From: Methanothrix sp.
Lineage (GTDB): Archaea; Halobacteriota; Methanosarcinia; Methanotrichales; Methanotrichaceae
NCBI GenBank assembly: GCA_963682135.1
Contig: OY821645.1
Location: forward strand, 224,001 to 288,000
Reading direction: 5' to 3'
DNA length: 64,000 nt
The position numbers were made by a program, and so were the translations under genes. The notes beneath the pieces are model-generated. The model made no database searches and had not been told where the DNA came from. It saw only the letters and a list, made by a program, of their open reading frames with translations. Shown here in pieces: positions 19,515 through 29,800 of this stretch. How positions within the stretch are numbered: the stretch's first letter is position 1; the number at the start of each line of letters is the position of its first letter.

Positions 19515-21455
19515 TCAGTTGCCAGTCTTAACCAGCCTGGCATAGATCTTGGCGGCCTGGTCGGCGGCAATGCAGCCGCTGGCACATTTTTCGCAGTGAT
19601 TGCATAATTTTGCATCAATTGTCATGGTCTCTGCCACGGTAATTGCTCCTCGATTGCAGTTCTTCTCGCAGATCTTGCATCTCGTGCATAGCTGCACGCG
19701 CAGGACCGTCTGGCAGACATCTTGCAGCAGCTCCTCAGCCTCATCTTTGCCGGCAATGATCAGGATCTGTCCGTTGGCAAAGACGGTGACCCTTCCTTTT
19801 TCGGTCTTTATCACCGCTGCCCCCAGATCTTCCGCATATTTCACCTCGCCCAAGATATTGAGGGCCGAGGCCACAGAGGAAAACGGATGATTCTGGGGCG
19901 TGCATAAATTCGCTTCGATAGAGTATTCGAGACCGCAGGGCGATCTGCCCCGCACCGCCTGCAAAGTAATCTCTTTCTTCCCGGCATTGCCGGCTAAAAG
20001 AACGATATTGTGCTCCTTTGCCATCTCGAGCATCTTGGGGGGATGCCTCTTCCAGCGCCAAAAACCCCAATCAATGTATCTCTTATCCAGCTTATTCTCG
20101 TCCGCCCATTCTCCTAAAAAGGTCGTCCACCGGTCATAAAGCAGGGGATGCGTCACTCTCAGGCTGGCAAACTCAGATTGCAGCGCAGCCGGGCACAGCC
20201 AGCAGCCTATGCGCTCGAAATCCTCCTCATAAAGCGGATTGGGGAGCATCTTATTCCAGTAGATGTAGAGCATGACCTCCAGCGCCCGCCAGCTCCTGAT
20301 AGGCGCCAGCGTGGTTTGGCTGGGAACGTAAGGATTTCTCTCCACGGCCTTGATGGTAGAACGGTTGAAGGATTCATAGATGCGCCGCCCTTCGATGGTC
20401 ACGCAACCCCTGGGATAATGCTCTTTAAGAAAAGCAGTCATTGGCCCCAGCTTATTGGTCTTGCAGCACCAGCGAAAATCTTTGGCAGGGGGGCCGAAGC
20501 TCTTCACCTGCTCAAAAAAGTCGCTCTCTCCTTTGATCTCTTGCAACCGCAGCTTCTGGGCAGCGCACAGCTCTTGCACATATTCCACGGTCTCAGGAAA
20601 TTCCAGACCGGTATTGATAAAGAGGACCTCTGGCCGGGAGAGTATCTTCTGGGCAAGACAAAGGCAGGCCAGGCTGTCTTTTCCCCCGCTGAAGGATACG
20701 TTTACGGGAAGCCGGTTTTTGGAGAGATATTTCCGGATCTCATCTATTGCCGCTTTTTCCAGGCCTTTTAGAGATTGCTCATTGGCGGAGACAATATCCT
20801 TCAGGGACTGCCTATTTTCGCTCAGAGTAAAATCACTCTTTGTCACATCCTTGATGCGAATGGACTGCGTGCCGTCTGCCTTTCTGCGAACCACGCCCAC
20901 ACCGGAAAATTTCCCTATTTTCAGGGCGACGTTCTGGCCTTCTTCCAGGACGAGGGGGCCACTTATGATCTTCTCCTCTGCCAGCCATTTGCCCTTTATG
21001 TGGCCTCTTAATATTGAGTCGTCACATACAACCAGGCCACTCTTTGCTCTGCTGCAAAGCAGGGCTGCGCCGGCAGTCTCTAAATCCAGCTTGTGGTAGC
21101 CGTTTTTGACATCAAACCAGAGAGTTGCGATGTGGCAGCCTTCCAGGATCACCTGATCGCGACGATCCAATCCGGCAATCTTATTGAGCAGGATTATCCT
21201 GCCCTCCAGGAAATCAGCGCAGCCGTAATTTTGAGTGAAAAGCAAAGATAGAAGCTCCTTTGCCGCCCTGGAACAGAGACGGATGTCTCCTGGCGGCGCA
21301 AGCTCTATTTTGCGGCCAAGGCTATGGCAGGCTGAACATTTTTCGGCCAAAAGGGGAATGCTGCATTTCTCGCACCAGAATAGCTCGCTGTTGCCTGGAG
21401 AAAACGTCCTGCTGGAATATATCTTGGTGGAATATGCCTTGCTGGAATTATGCAT
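19515..21455 (-). CDS. PAPS/APS reductase family protein with ferredoxin domain
   Basis: SFSGGKDS, RWCCKTNK, RIGCWLCP, C-terminal CxxCxxCxxxC pair. Confidence 0.88.
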   Translation of the reverse strand: MHNSSKAYSTKIYSSRTFSPGNSELFWCEKCSIPLLAEKCSACHSLGRKIELAPPGDIRLCSRAAKELLSLLFTQNYGCADFLEGRIILLNKIAGLDRRDQVILEGCHIATLWFDVKNGYHKLDLETAGAALLCSRAKSGLVVCDDSILRGHIKGKWLAEEKIISGPLVLEEGQNVALKIGKFSGVGVVRRKADGTQSIRIKDVTKSDFTLSENRQSLKDIVSANEQSLKGLEKAAIDEIRKYLSKNRLPVNVSFSGGKDSLACLCLAQKILSRPEVLFINTGLEFPETVEYVQELCAAQKLRLQEIKGESDFFEQVKSFGPPAKDFRWCCKTNKLGPMTAFLKEHYPRGCVTIEGRRIYESFNRSTIKAVERNPYVPSQTTLAPIRSWRALEVMLYIYWNKMLPNPLYEEDFERIGCWLCPAALQSEFASLRVTHPLLYDRWTTFLGEWADENKLDKRYIDWGFWRWKRHPPKMLEMAKEHNIVLLAGNAGKKEITLQAVRGRSPCGLEYSIEANLCTPQNHPFSSVASALNILGEVKYAEDLGAAVIKTEKGRVTVFANGQILIIAGKDEAEELLQDVCQTVLRVQLCTRCKICEKNCNRGAITVAETMTIDAKLCNHCEKCASGCIAADQAAKIYARLVKTGN

Positions 21456-21750
21456 GGATCTATTTGAGGTAAATCCAGGGTGTATTTAACGACTTTCATT
21501 GCTCCAAATCGGTACGCGTTATATTATGGAAAGATTACTGGATTAGAATATCGAAAGAGTTAAATACTATGATGATTACATTGTTATTATTAATATTATG
21601 TAAGAACAAAAACAAAACAAAGAAACGGCACAGGGGCTTTTCTGCTACCCTCAGCCATCCCCTCACCCTGGGCCGTTTTATTCCATCAACTCATTACACG
21701 ATTATTTTATAAATTAAAGAAAAAAGAAAAACGTTAGTTTTAATTCTCAA

Positions 21751-22143
21751 TCAAAATTGGGGCCACTTCGGCATATTGACATCTGTGTACCAGAAGGTGC
21801 CATACCAGGCGTCGACTCCCAGATGCATATCATCCCATGGATAACGTTTCTCCTTGTTTTCAGTTTTTTCCAGAGAATAGACGGAGTCAGAATTGACTGA
21901 GTCAGGACAGATATGCCTTGGGCATTTAGCAATCTTCTCAGGTGGTGAGATAGTTGTATTTAGTGCCTCGCTTCCGATGATCTCCAGATCCACTTTTTCC
22001 ATACCGGATGATGTGATCCTCGTATTATCGGTTGAGCTTCCCACGATATCCACAACGATTGATCCTGGACCGCCAAATGCATAGGCGCTGCAAGCCGACA
22101 GCATCAGCGCTAAAGCTAATAGAATTGATTTCCTCAACACCAT
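21751..22143 (-). CDS. Small secreted hypothetical protein
   Basis: Signal peptide, repeated xIxGSxxxNTxI, PWDD motif. Confidence 0.7.
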   Translation of the reverse strand: MVLRKSILLALALMLSACSAYAFGGPGSIVVDIVGSSTDNTRITSSGMEKVDLEIIGSEALNTTISPPEKIAKCPRHICPDSVNSDSVYSLEKTENKEKRYPWDDMHLGVDAWYGTFWYTDVNMPKWPQF

Positions 22144-22351
22144 TCCCCTCCAGCAAATTTAACATTTAAACTGAACATATTTAACCTATGTTTTATATAT
22201 ACAGGAAGTAGAAATATCTTTCGGGCCGATCAGTCCGGATTACTTATACATTATTGGAAAATATTTTAAATAAAGATGACAATTACCGGGAATAAATTCG
22301 AGAATGCTATGGGTAAAGTATAAAAAGAAGATAAAAATAATACTTTTAAAC

Positions 22352-22774
22352 TTATGCTTTTGTCGTCACACTCCCCAGAGTGAGGATCTTTGGCGCAGTG
22401 CTTATGTATGCCTGATCTTTTCTGATGAGCGGACGGTTGTATCTGGTGGGAATATAGGAACTCCAGGGGTAGCATAGCGGCCTCTTAAAGTCGTCCCATG
22501 GGGTTTCATAGCACTTCTTCTCGCCGCAAGGAGCGCATCCCCCGCACTCATTTCCATGCCGGTCGATCACTTCTGCCGGGCGGCCTATCTGGATATTGCT
22601 GGCGGTACTGCCGATGATATTCACCTCGACGGGAGTGCCATCTTGCGCTATGATTGTAGTATTGTTCGCCTCGCTTCCCAGGATGTCCAGACCATTAGCC
22701 TCTGAGCCTGCGCCGCCATGCGCGGCTGATGCCCACAGGATAAATATACCGATCAGAAAAATGTTCTTTCTCAA
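22352..22774 (-). CDS. Small secreted hypothetical protein, paralog of 21751
   Basis: Same repeat and PWDD motif; Cys-rich tail. Confidence 0.7.
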   Translation of the reverse strand: MRKNIFLIGIFILWASAAHGGAGSEANGLDILGSEANNTTIIAQDGTPVEVNIIGSTASNIQIGRPAEVIDRHGNECGGCAPCGEKKCYETPWDDFKRPLCYPWSSYIPTRYNRPLIRKDQAYISTAPKILTLGSVTTKA

Positions 22775-22881
22775 ACCTTTCGCCCCCTTTTATAATTAAG
22801 TCTAATAAAATGTCTAGGAAGTAGAAAAACCTTTTGTTGCAGCGCAAAAACATTAAATCCCCCTGAGAAGATGGGAAAGCT

Positions 22882-23778
22882 ATGAAACTGATCTATGTGG
22901 CCGGCAAAGGAGGCGTGGGCAAAAGCGTCTGCTCGGCAGCATCCGGCATCTGGAAAGCGCATCAGGGCAAAGATACCCTGGTCTTCTCCATGGACCCGGC
23001 CCATTCGCTCTCGGACATCTTCGACATCGACCTGGGACGCCAGCCACGAAAGATCCGCGAGCATCTCTATGCTTATGAACCTGATCTGGCAGAGGAGGCC
23101 GGCAGCTTCTTTCGCAGATACAAGAACATCTTCACAGCTCTCTTCGGTCTCTTTGAGGTGGAGGTTAAGCCCGAAGACTTTGGGAACATGCCCGGAGTCT
23201 CCGAAATGATCTTCATGGACAAATTAAATGATATCTACACAGAAAAGAAGTACGACTTCGTGGTCATAGACTCGGCCCCGACTGCCATGGTCCTGCCTTT
23301 GCTGCAACTGCCTTCCATCACCACGGGATTTGTCACAAAAGTGCTGGGCATGAGAAACAGGTGGATGGGGATGCTCGACCTTCTGCAGCCGGGGTTTGCC
23401 GACCGCATTCTCTCGGAAGTCCGGACCATGCGCCTGAAGGCCGAGACCATGCGATCCGCCCTGATCGATCCGCAGGCATCCAGCATCACTATCGTCACCA
23501 TCCCTGAGAAAGCGGCAGTAGAGGAAAGCCGCCGCCTGATTGAGACGGTGGAGTCGCACGGAGTTACAGTCTCTTCTATTATCATTAACCATGTGATTCA
23601 GGACTGCGACTGCCGCTTTTGCCGGGATAAGAAGGCATCTCAAACAGCTTACATCCAGGAGCTAAAGGACCGCTACCGGGAAAAGCGCATTACAATACTG
23701 CCTGACTACGGAGGAGAGGTATTGGGAGAAGGCCTCATGCAGGTGGCTGAAGATCTCTATGCAAAAGAGGAGATGTAA
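22882..23778 (+). CDS. ArsA/Get3 (TRC40) family ATPase, single domain
   Basis: GKGGVGKS, DPAH, DSAPT, C-terminal CxxC. Confidence 0.9.
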   Translation: MKLIYVAGKGGVGKSVCSAASGIWKAHQGKDTLVFSMDPAHSLSDIFDIDLGRQPRKIREHLYAYEPDLAEEAGSFFRRYKNIFTALFGLFEVEVKPEDFGNMPGVSEMIFMDKLNDIYTEKKYDFVVIDSAPTAMVLPLLQLPSITTGFVTKVLGMRNRWMGMLDLLQPGFADRILSEVRTMRLKAETMRSALIDPQASSITIVTIPEKAAVEESRRLIETVESHGVTVSSIIINHVIQDCDCRFCRDKKASQTAYIQELKDRYREKRITILPDYGGEVLGEGLMQVAEDLYAKEEM

Positions 23779-23827
23779 ATTTGATAATATAATCAATTAG
23801 ATGTCGACTAAAGGAGATCGAAAGCAT

Positions 23828-25288
23828 TCACAACCAGCTCTCATTTGCTTTTTCTGGAAAGCCAAGATATTCGAGCGCAATATTTCGAATTCTGATCATA
23901 TCCCTTGTGTGCAATGAATTATCGTTATTATTTTGCTCAAGATAGTTCAGGGAAAATGTCACCCTGCCGCAGACACCTGCGCCGCCAAGGATCAGGGGAA
24001 TATCCTCCCCGGCTGATGGTATGAGAAATAGGCGATCGAGTCGAAGGTTTCCGTAGATCTCGGGATAGTCCTGATGCCCAAGGTTTGTGGTTATCAAACC
24101 TGGAAGCTTGGATACGGCATTATTGGATATCTTAAGTGCTACACTCTTTTTATCGCTGGCAAAAGCTGAAAGATTCTCAGTCTGGTTGAATGCATCCGGA
24201 ACTTTTTTTATATATGGAGCTAAGTTGAAAAATGCATCGATAAGCGTTGGATTGAATTGTTCCATATCCAGACCTGAATTGTCGAGCTTCTTCACTCGTC
24301 TTTGAATGATCTTATGCAGATCCTCAGCATTTCTCCAGAAGGATTTTTTCTGGTCATAGGCAAAAGGAAAATTAAATCCCCCTGATAAGAAGCAGAAGCC
24401 ATTGACGGTGCCTTTTTTAAGGTGCCTTCGGAGATCGAATGGTATAGAGATCACCCTCTTGTTTTTTGGAAGCGGGCCTATGACTTCGTAATATGCGGCA
24501 AGAAATGCGGCCGTTAGCGCAGATCCGATGGTCACACCATTCTCTCGGCATCGGGCTGCTAGGTCGTGGGTCTCTTCTGGTTCTAGCTGGAGGAGGGCGA
24601 TGTTATATCTGTATTTTTCCCAATATGCAGCGTGAATCTCATTAAAGTCCTCTTGAGTGATGTAATATGGTTTCTTCAGCCACTGATTGTTATAATGATT
24701 GATAAAGAAACTGCCGATAATCGTGGAGATGGAAAAACTATCCTTCTTTTGAAGGTAATCAGTGATCGCTGGCGGCGAGATGACCGAAACCTCTCTCTTG
24801 GGATCGGCATAGCAATCGAGAATGTCATGTATAAGGTTTGCAAGAGCTGTTCCATCGCAGATGCAATGCTCTGAAAACACCAATAGTTCTGAAACCTCTG
24901 ACGAATATACAAGCACAAACCGGATCAGAGGGCCAACTTCAGGCTCGAAAGGTACCTGGTATTCCCGTCTGATCTCGTCGAACCATTGCGAGTCTGAGGT
25001 CCTTGGAACTATACGCAATGCGTCTCTTGGAACGCAGTCCCCTGAAAACCAGGCATCGTGATGCTCATCAAAGGTTATCCTGCACCTGGTCAGCAGATGC
25101 ATGCGGCAAACTATATCAATAGCCTGCTCAAGTTTCTCTTCTTCTACGTCTCCCACAATCCGGGCTGCTACTGCTATATTGGTTTGGAAGCTCCATAAGA
25201 AGAGCCGTTCAACGTTGGAGAGGCGACGTATACAATTCGGCAGGTCGGTAGGAGGGGATTTTTGCATTATTTGCTTCATTTTGATCAT
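23828..25288 (-). CDS. Condensation-domain/alcohol acyltransferase-like protein
   Basis: HxxxDG (EHCICDG), GPL.RF.L, TNLG. Confidence 0.8.
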   Translation of the reverse strand: MIKMKQIMQKSPPTDLPNCIRRLSNVERLFLWSFQTNIAVAARIVGDVEEEKLEQAIDIVCRMHLLTRCRITFDEHHDAWFSGDCVPRDALRIVPRTSDSQWFDEIRREYQVPFEPEVGPLIRFVLVYSSEVSELLVFSEHCICDGTALANLIHDILDCYADPKREVSVISPPAITDYLQKKDSFSISTIIGSFFINHYNNQWLKKPYYITQEDFNEIHAAYWEKYRYNIALLQLEPEETHDLAARCRENGVTIGSALTAAFLAAYYEVIGPLPKNKRVISIPFDLRRHLKKGTVNGFCFLSGGFNFPFAYDQKKSFWRNAEDLHKIIQRRVKKLDNSGLDMEQFNPTLIDAFFNLAPYIKKVPDAFNQTENLSAFASDKKSVALKISNNAVSKLPGLITTNLGHQDYPEIYGNLRLDRLFLIPSAGEDIPLILGGAGVCGRVTFSLNYLEQNNNDNSLHTRDMIRIRNIALEYLGFPEKANESWL

Positions 25289-25318
25289 CTATTTCCAAAG
25301 ATTGTTCCTTGTCTGTCG

Positions 25319-25984
25319 TTAGCCTAATTTTCTGCACTCATTGTATTCCTCAGGACATCTTCTGATTGCTGGATCTATGAAACAGGAATAGCTATCTAGG
25401 AACTGGTGGAAACTAATTCCTGAGAGTGCAAACGCTTTTTTCCAGGTTGGCAGGGGAGATACTACAGATATGGTGATAAGCGTGATGTAGAATCCTATCA
25501 GGACAGCATCGATATCTTTCCTGATCGTTCCATCTTCTCTGCCCTCTTTGATTGCATCATAAAGAAGAGCATTGTACTCATTGGTTTTTTCCGCAAATGC
25601 TTTGTCATCATCCTCATCCATTCTCAACAAGATCACGGGCCCAAAGGTGCAGGCCATGTCGTTATACTCAGGATTTCTTTTGGTGAAATCGACAGAACAC
25701 TCAATGATGGCCCTCAATTTCTCTCTGCCAGTAGCCTTATCTTTTAAGCGCTCCGCCATAAGATCCACTAACTCCGTCTGCTTGCGGCTGACAATGGCGA
25801 AGAATAGAGCGTCTTTCTTTTTGAAATAGAAGTAGATAGCGCCCTTGCTCAATTCAGCCTCCTTAGCTATCTCATCCATGGAGACGTTATCATAGCCCCT
25901 GGCGTAAAACAGCCTCTCAGCGGCAGTGATGATGCTATTTCGCCTCTGCTCTTTCTCCCGCTGCTTTCTATCTGTGATTGCCAT
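25319..25984 (-). CDS. TetR/AcrR family regulator
   Basis: IAKEAELSKGAIYFYFKKK HTH. Confidence 0.92.
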   Translation of the reverse strand: MAITDRKQREKEQRRNSIITAAERLFYARGYDNVSMDEIAKEAELSKGAIYFYFKKKDALFFAIVSRKQTELVDLMAERLKDKATGREKLRAIIECSVDFTKRNPEYNDMACTFGPVILLRMDEDDDKAFAEKTNEYNALLYDAIKEGREDGTIRKDIDAVLIGFYITLITISVVSPLPTWKKAFALSGISFHQFLDSYSCFIDPAIRRCPEEYNECRKLG

Positions 25985-26104
25985 GATCTCCTGCTGTCAT
26001 CGACTCAAAGTCGGATTTAGGCTACTGGCCTATCCGAGACCATAAAAGGATCATTCATGAATACTACTCGATCACTGCATGTGCAAAGGATAGAAGCTCG
26101 GAGA

Positions 26105-26415
26105 CGATCTTATCCTTATCTGTTTCAATCCCTCTATCTTGTATGCACGGGGGTCGTATCCTGCGCCGAGGATGACTAGCTGCTCTATTCCCTCTCCTGG
26201 GACCTTTGTGTGAAGTCATCGAAATACCTGACTCTGGCGCTGATGGAATTCAGAAATCCCGGGTTTCTTCTTTCGTTCTCATCTCTCATGGCTATTACGT
26301 TATCCGGATGGAGAGCCCAATCCATCAGTTTCTTATCAATGAAGTAGGCCGCATATTGATCGTTGCAGATCCTTTCTCCTACAGTTTTCAGCGATTCTCC
26401 AAACCTGTTGAACAA
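26105..26415 (-). pseudogene. LCM-type SAM methyltransferase pseudogene
   Basis: RICND.YA, ARVRYFDD then frameshift to GIEQLVILGAGYD.RAY; truncated. Confidence 0.8.
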
Positions 26416-26444
26416 GGCTGCTACAACAGTCTTGCAGTCTAATT

Positions 26445-26476
26445 TAGACCTAGAGTCGATATTAGACTCATAGTCA
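26445..26476. promoter_or_regulatory. Tandem GAC-N5-GTC palindromes, putative TetR operators
   Basis: gacctagagtc and gactcatagtc next to a TATA-like tttttatat (minus strand); third copy gactcaaagtc at ~26002 just before tetR. Confidence 0.55.
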
Positions 26477-27011
26477 AAATAGATATAAAAAGGTAATGCC
26501 TTAAATTAGAGGTAAATCTTGACCATATCAGTATGTATAACCTGAAACCCCGTCGATCCATTTTTCTAATCTTCAAAACGAGATCCCAATTTTATAAATA
26601 TCTTCTTTGACTGCAAAGCTCTGATGGTGCGCTCTGGCTTCCACGAAGTTTTCTAATCTCGATGATGCCGAAAACCCATTATCTGGCAATTGTCGATAAA
26701 TCATTCCATAGCTTACTGGAATTGGTATTCTTACAGAAGAGGATTTTAGAGTAGTTGAGATGACTCACGAAGTAAGTATGTATAACTTGAGATTTGCATG
26801 CGAAAAGGAGGGAGGGAAAGCCGAGATGGGTAAATGAGGGAGAAAACCGCTATCGACTTTCGCCGAATAGTATATAGTCAATTGCCGGGCTATATAGTTT
26901 TCGATCCCTGCGAAGATTTCTGCTTTTTTGTGAATCAGCTAATACTAGTACATCCAATTCATCATCAATTTGATATATTTGAGCGGTAGAAGACAGGAGA
27001 GAGGAAAGACT

Positions 27012-27947
27012 ATGTTCAAAAAAGTTCTGGTTCCAACCGACTTCTCCAGCTATGCCCACAAGATGCAAGAATGCCTGGCGCAGATGCCGGGCATAGAAGA
27101 GGTCGTACTTCTTAATGTCGTGGACGGCGGCAATCCCATGAACCTGGAGAGGAAGGGATGGAGCTATGACTCTCTTATCGACGAGGCAGAAACCAGGCTT
27201 GCCGAGCAGGCCGATCACCTATCCCATTTGGGCGAGAAGGTACTCTCTGTCCGGCCGATTTTGAAGATCATTGTGGAGCCGATGAGCGGCGCGGATGGGG
27301 TTGATATGAAGAGGCTGAAGCCTGCATCGGGGCAGATGATAGTAGAGGGGGGCAGTGTGGGCGAAGCCATCAGTAAGACGGCTGCAGAGGAGAAGGCCTC
27401 GCTCATCTGTATGGGAGCGCAGGGCAAAGGGCTGATAGAGGGCATGCTCCTGGGGTCTGTCTCTACTGAGGTACTCAGGCACGGCCATACAGATCTGCTC
27501 ATCATCCGCCACAAGATCCTGGATGAAGGCAAAGACGGAGATACGGAAAGATTCTGCCGGGACATGTTTTCCAGAGTGTTGCTTACCACCGACTTCTCCC
27601 CAGCTGCGCAGCGGGCAATATCTGCAGTAAAGGATCTGACAGGCGTTCGGGAGATCCTGCTGGTACATGTGATCTCAAAAGAGGACGATTTCGATGAGGC
27701 GGCAAAGAGACTTAACTTGCTGCGTGAAGAACTGGCGGGCCAGGACAGAAAGATCACGGTTCATGTCCTGATGGGCCATTCTGCGCAGGAGATCCTCTCT
27801 TTGGCCAAGAGCCAAGATGTCTCCCTGATTATGATGGGCTCTCAGGGAAAAAGCTGGAGCCGACAGATTCGCGTGGGGAGCACGACCTTTGATGTGGCCC
27901 GCCTGGCATTAAGCCCTGTTATGGTGATCCGTCCCATAACAAGCTAA
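27012..27947 (+). CDS. Tandem universal stress protein
   Basis: Two KVL.PTDFS...G..G.....GS domains. Confidence 0.92.
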   Translation: MFKKVLVPTDFSSYAHKMQECLAQMPGIEEVVLLNVVDGGNPMNLERKGWSYDSLIDEAETRLAEQADHLSHLGEKVLSVRPILKIIVEPMSGADGVDMKRLKPASGQMIVEGGSVGEAISKTAAEEKASLICMGAQGKGLIEGMLLGSVSTEVLRHGHTDLLIIRHKILDEGKDGDTERFCRDMFSRVLLTTDFSPAAQRAISAVKDLTGVREILLVHVISKEDDFDEAAKRLNLLREELAGQDRKITVHVLMGHSAQEILSLAKSQDVSLIMMGSQGKSWSRQIRVGSTTFDVARLALSPVMVIRPITS

Positions 27948-28096
27948 AAAGGCAACGCATAGCCAAAACAACCGAAAAGGCCAGCAGAGTCGTTCTCTGC
28001 AGTTGATATTTCAATCAGCCGCAGAGAACGATCTAATTTGCCGACGATTAAGACGATTAATAAGCCTTTTATCTTGCCCGGCAGATCATCCTTCTC

Positions 28097-29002
28097 ATGC
28101 CATCCCTTTCCATTCATGCCGGCGGCCTGCAGCTCAATAATCCGATACTTCTGGCGGCAGGCATCCTGGGCACCACCGGTGCCTCTCTTTGTCGAGCCGC
28201 AAGAGCCGGCGCAGGCGGCGTGGTCACCAAATCGGTGGGATCGTTGCCGCGGGAGGGCCACCCAGGCCCCACCATTGTTCATGTAGACGGCGGCCTTCTC
28301 AATGCTATGGGCCTGCCCAATCCTTCTTACAAAGACTTTCAGGATGAGATCGATTCGGCGCGCGCCAGCGGGGTGCCGGTCATCGCCAGCATCTTCGGAT
28401 CTTTTGCCGCAGAATTCGCCCAGATCGCCCGCTGCCTGAAGGCCGACGCCTTTGAGCTTAACCTCTCCTGCCCCCATGCCGAAAAATACGGCAGCGAACT
28501 GGGTCGTTATCCCGATCTGGTGGAATCTGTCACCGGAGCCGTAAAGGCTGCCTCAAATGTGCCGGTCTGGGTCAAGCTGACCCCCAACACTGCCGATATC
28601 GTCGAGCTGGGCCTGGCAGCGCAGAGAGGCGGGGCAGACGCCATTGTGGCCATAAACACACTCAAGGCCATGGCCATCGATATCGAGACAGGCTATCCCA
28701 TCCTGGGCAACCGCTTTGGCGGCCTGTCCGGTCCGGCCGTTAAACCTGTGGCTGTGCGCTGCGTCTACGAGCTGGCCAGCCGCCTGGAGATTCCAGTGAT
28801 TGGCGTAGGCGGTGTCTCCACCTGGGAAGATGCCGTGGAGATGATCATGGCCGGTGCCTCGGCTGTGCAGGTGGGAACAGCTCTTCTCAGAGGTTACGGC
28901 GTCTTCGAGGAGATCACAACCGGCCTATCCCGCTATCTGGAAAGAAAATCGCTGACACTGGAGGAGCTGTGCGGCCTGGCCCAGAAGGAGAGGCTTCAAT
29001 GA
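28097..29002 (+). CDS. pyrD: Dihydroorotate dehydrogenase B catalytic subunit
   Basis: NAMGLPNP, ELNLSCPH, KLTPN, GGLSG. Confidence 0.95.
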   Translation: MPSLSIHAGGLQLNNPILLAAGILGTTGASLCRAARAGAGGVVTKSVGSLPREGHPGPTIVHVDGGLLNAMGLPNPSYKDFQDEIDSARASGVPVIASIFGSFAAEFAQIARCLKADAFELNLSCPHAEKYGSELGRYPDLVESVTGAVKAASNVPVWVKLTPNTADIVELGLAAQRGGADAIVAINTLKAMAIDIETGYPILGNRFGGLSGPAVKPVAVRCVYELASRLEIPVIGVGGVSTWEDAVEMIMAGASAVQVGTALLRGYGVFEEITTGLSRYLERKSLTLEELCGLAQKERLQ

Positions 29003-29769
29003 GACCCATAAACTGCGTGATAGAAGAAGTGCGCTCGGAGGCTCCCCTCATCAGGACCTTCCGGCTGGATAGAAACCTTGACCCGGCACCCGGCCAGTAC
29101 GTCATGGTCTGGATCAGGGGAGTGGACGAGATTCCCATGAGCTTCTCGGGCCCTGATACCATAACGGTTCAGTCGGTAGGTGAAGCCTCAGCCGCGCTCT
29201 TTAGCCTGGGAGCAGGAAACACTGTGGGCCTGCGCGGCCCTCTGGGAAATGGCTTCGTCCTGCGGGGCAAGAGGATTCTGCTCATTGGAGGAGGCGTGGG
29301 CACTGCCCCTCTGGCTTTCCTGGGTGAGCAGGCTAAAGGGGCTGGCTATGAAGTAGCCTCCCTGCTCGGCTTTCGATCTATTGATGACTTAATCTTCCAG
29401 GACAGGTTTGAGGCTCTGGGAGATACAATTATCACCACAGATGACGGCTCCCTGGGCATACACGGTCGCGCTGCTGCCGGGCTAAAAGAGCTGAACCTGT
29501 ATGATTACGATCAGATCTACCTTTGCGGTCCGGAGATGATGATGTGGGACATAATCTCCAGAACACGAGAGCATGCCGAAAAGACACAGGCCTGCATCAA
29601 CCGTTACTTCAAATGTGCGGCAGGCATCTGCGGTTCTTGCTGCCTGGACCCGGATGGCATAAGGGTCTGTGTGGAAGGACCGGTGATCATGGCTGATCGA
29701 CTGCTGGAGAGCGAGTTTGGACGATACCGGCGCGGCCCGACCGGCGGAAAGGGTCCATGCCGGGGATGA
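28999..29769 (+). CDS. pyrK: Dihydroorotate dehydrogenase electron transfer subunit
   Basis: RGPLGNGF, GGGVG.APL, CGP, C..GICGSC...VC.EGPV. Confidence 0.93.
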   Translation: MRPINCVIEEVRSEAPLIRTFRLDRNLDPAPGQYVMVWIRGVDEIPMSFSGPDTITVQSVGEASAALFSLGAGNTVGLRGPLGNGFVLRGKRILLIGGGVGTAPLAFLGEQAKGAGYEVASLLGFRSIDDLIFQDRFEALGDTIITTDDGSLGIHGRAAAGLKELNLYDYDQIYLCGPEMMMWDIISRTREHAEKTQACINRYFKCAAGICGSCCLDPDGIRVCVEGPVIMADRLLESEFGRYRRGPTGGKGPCRG

Positions 29770-29800
29770 ATCAAGAGAAGATAAGAGATAGGAGAGAAGG

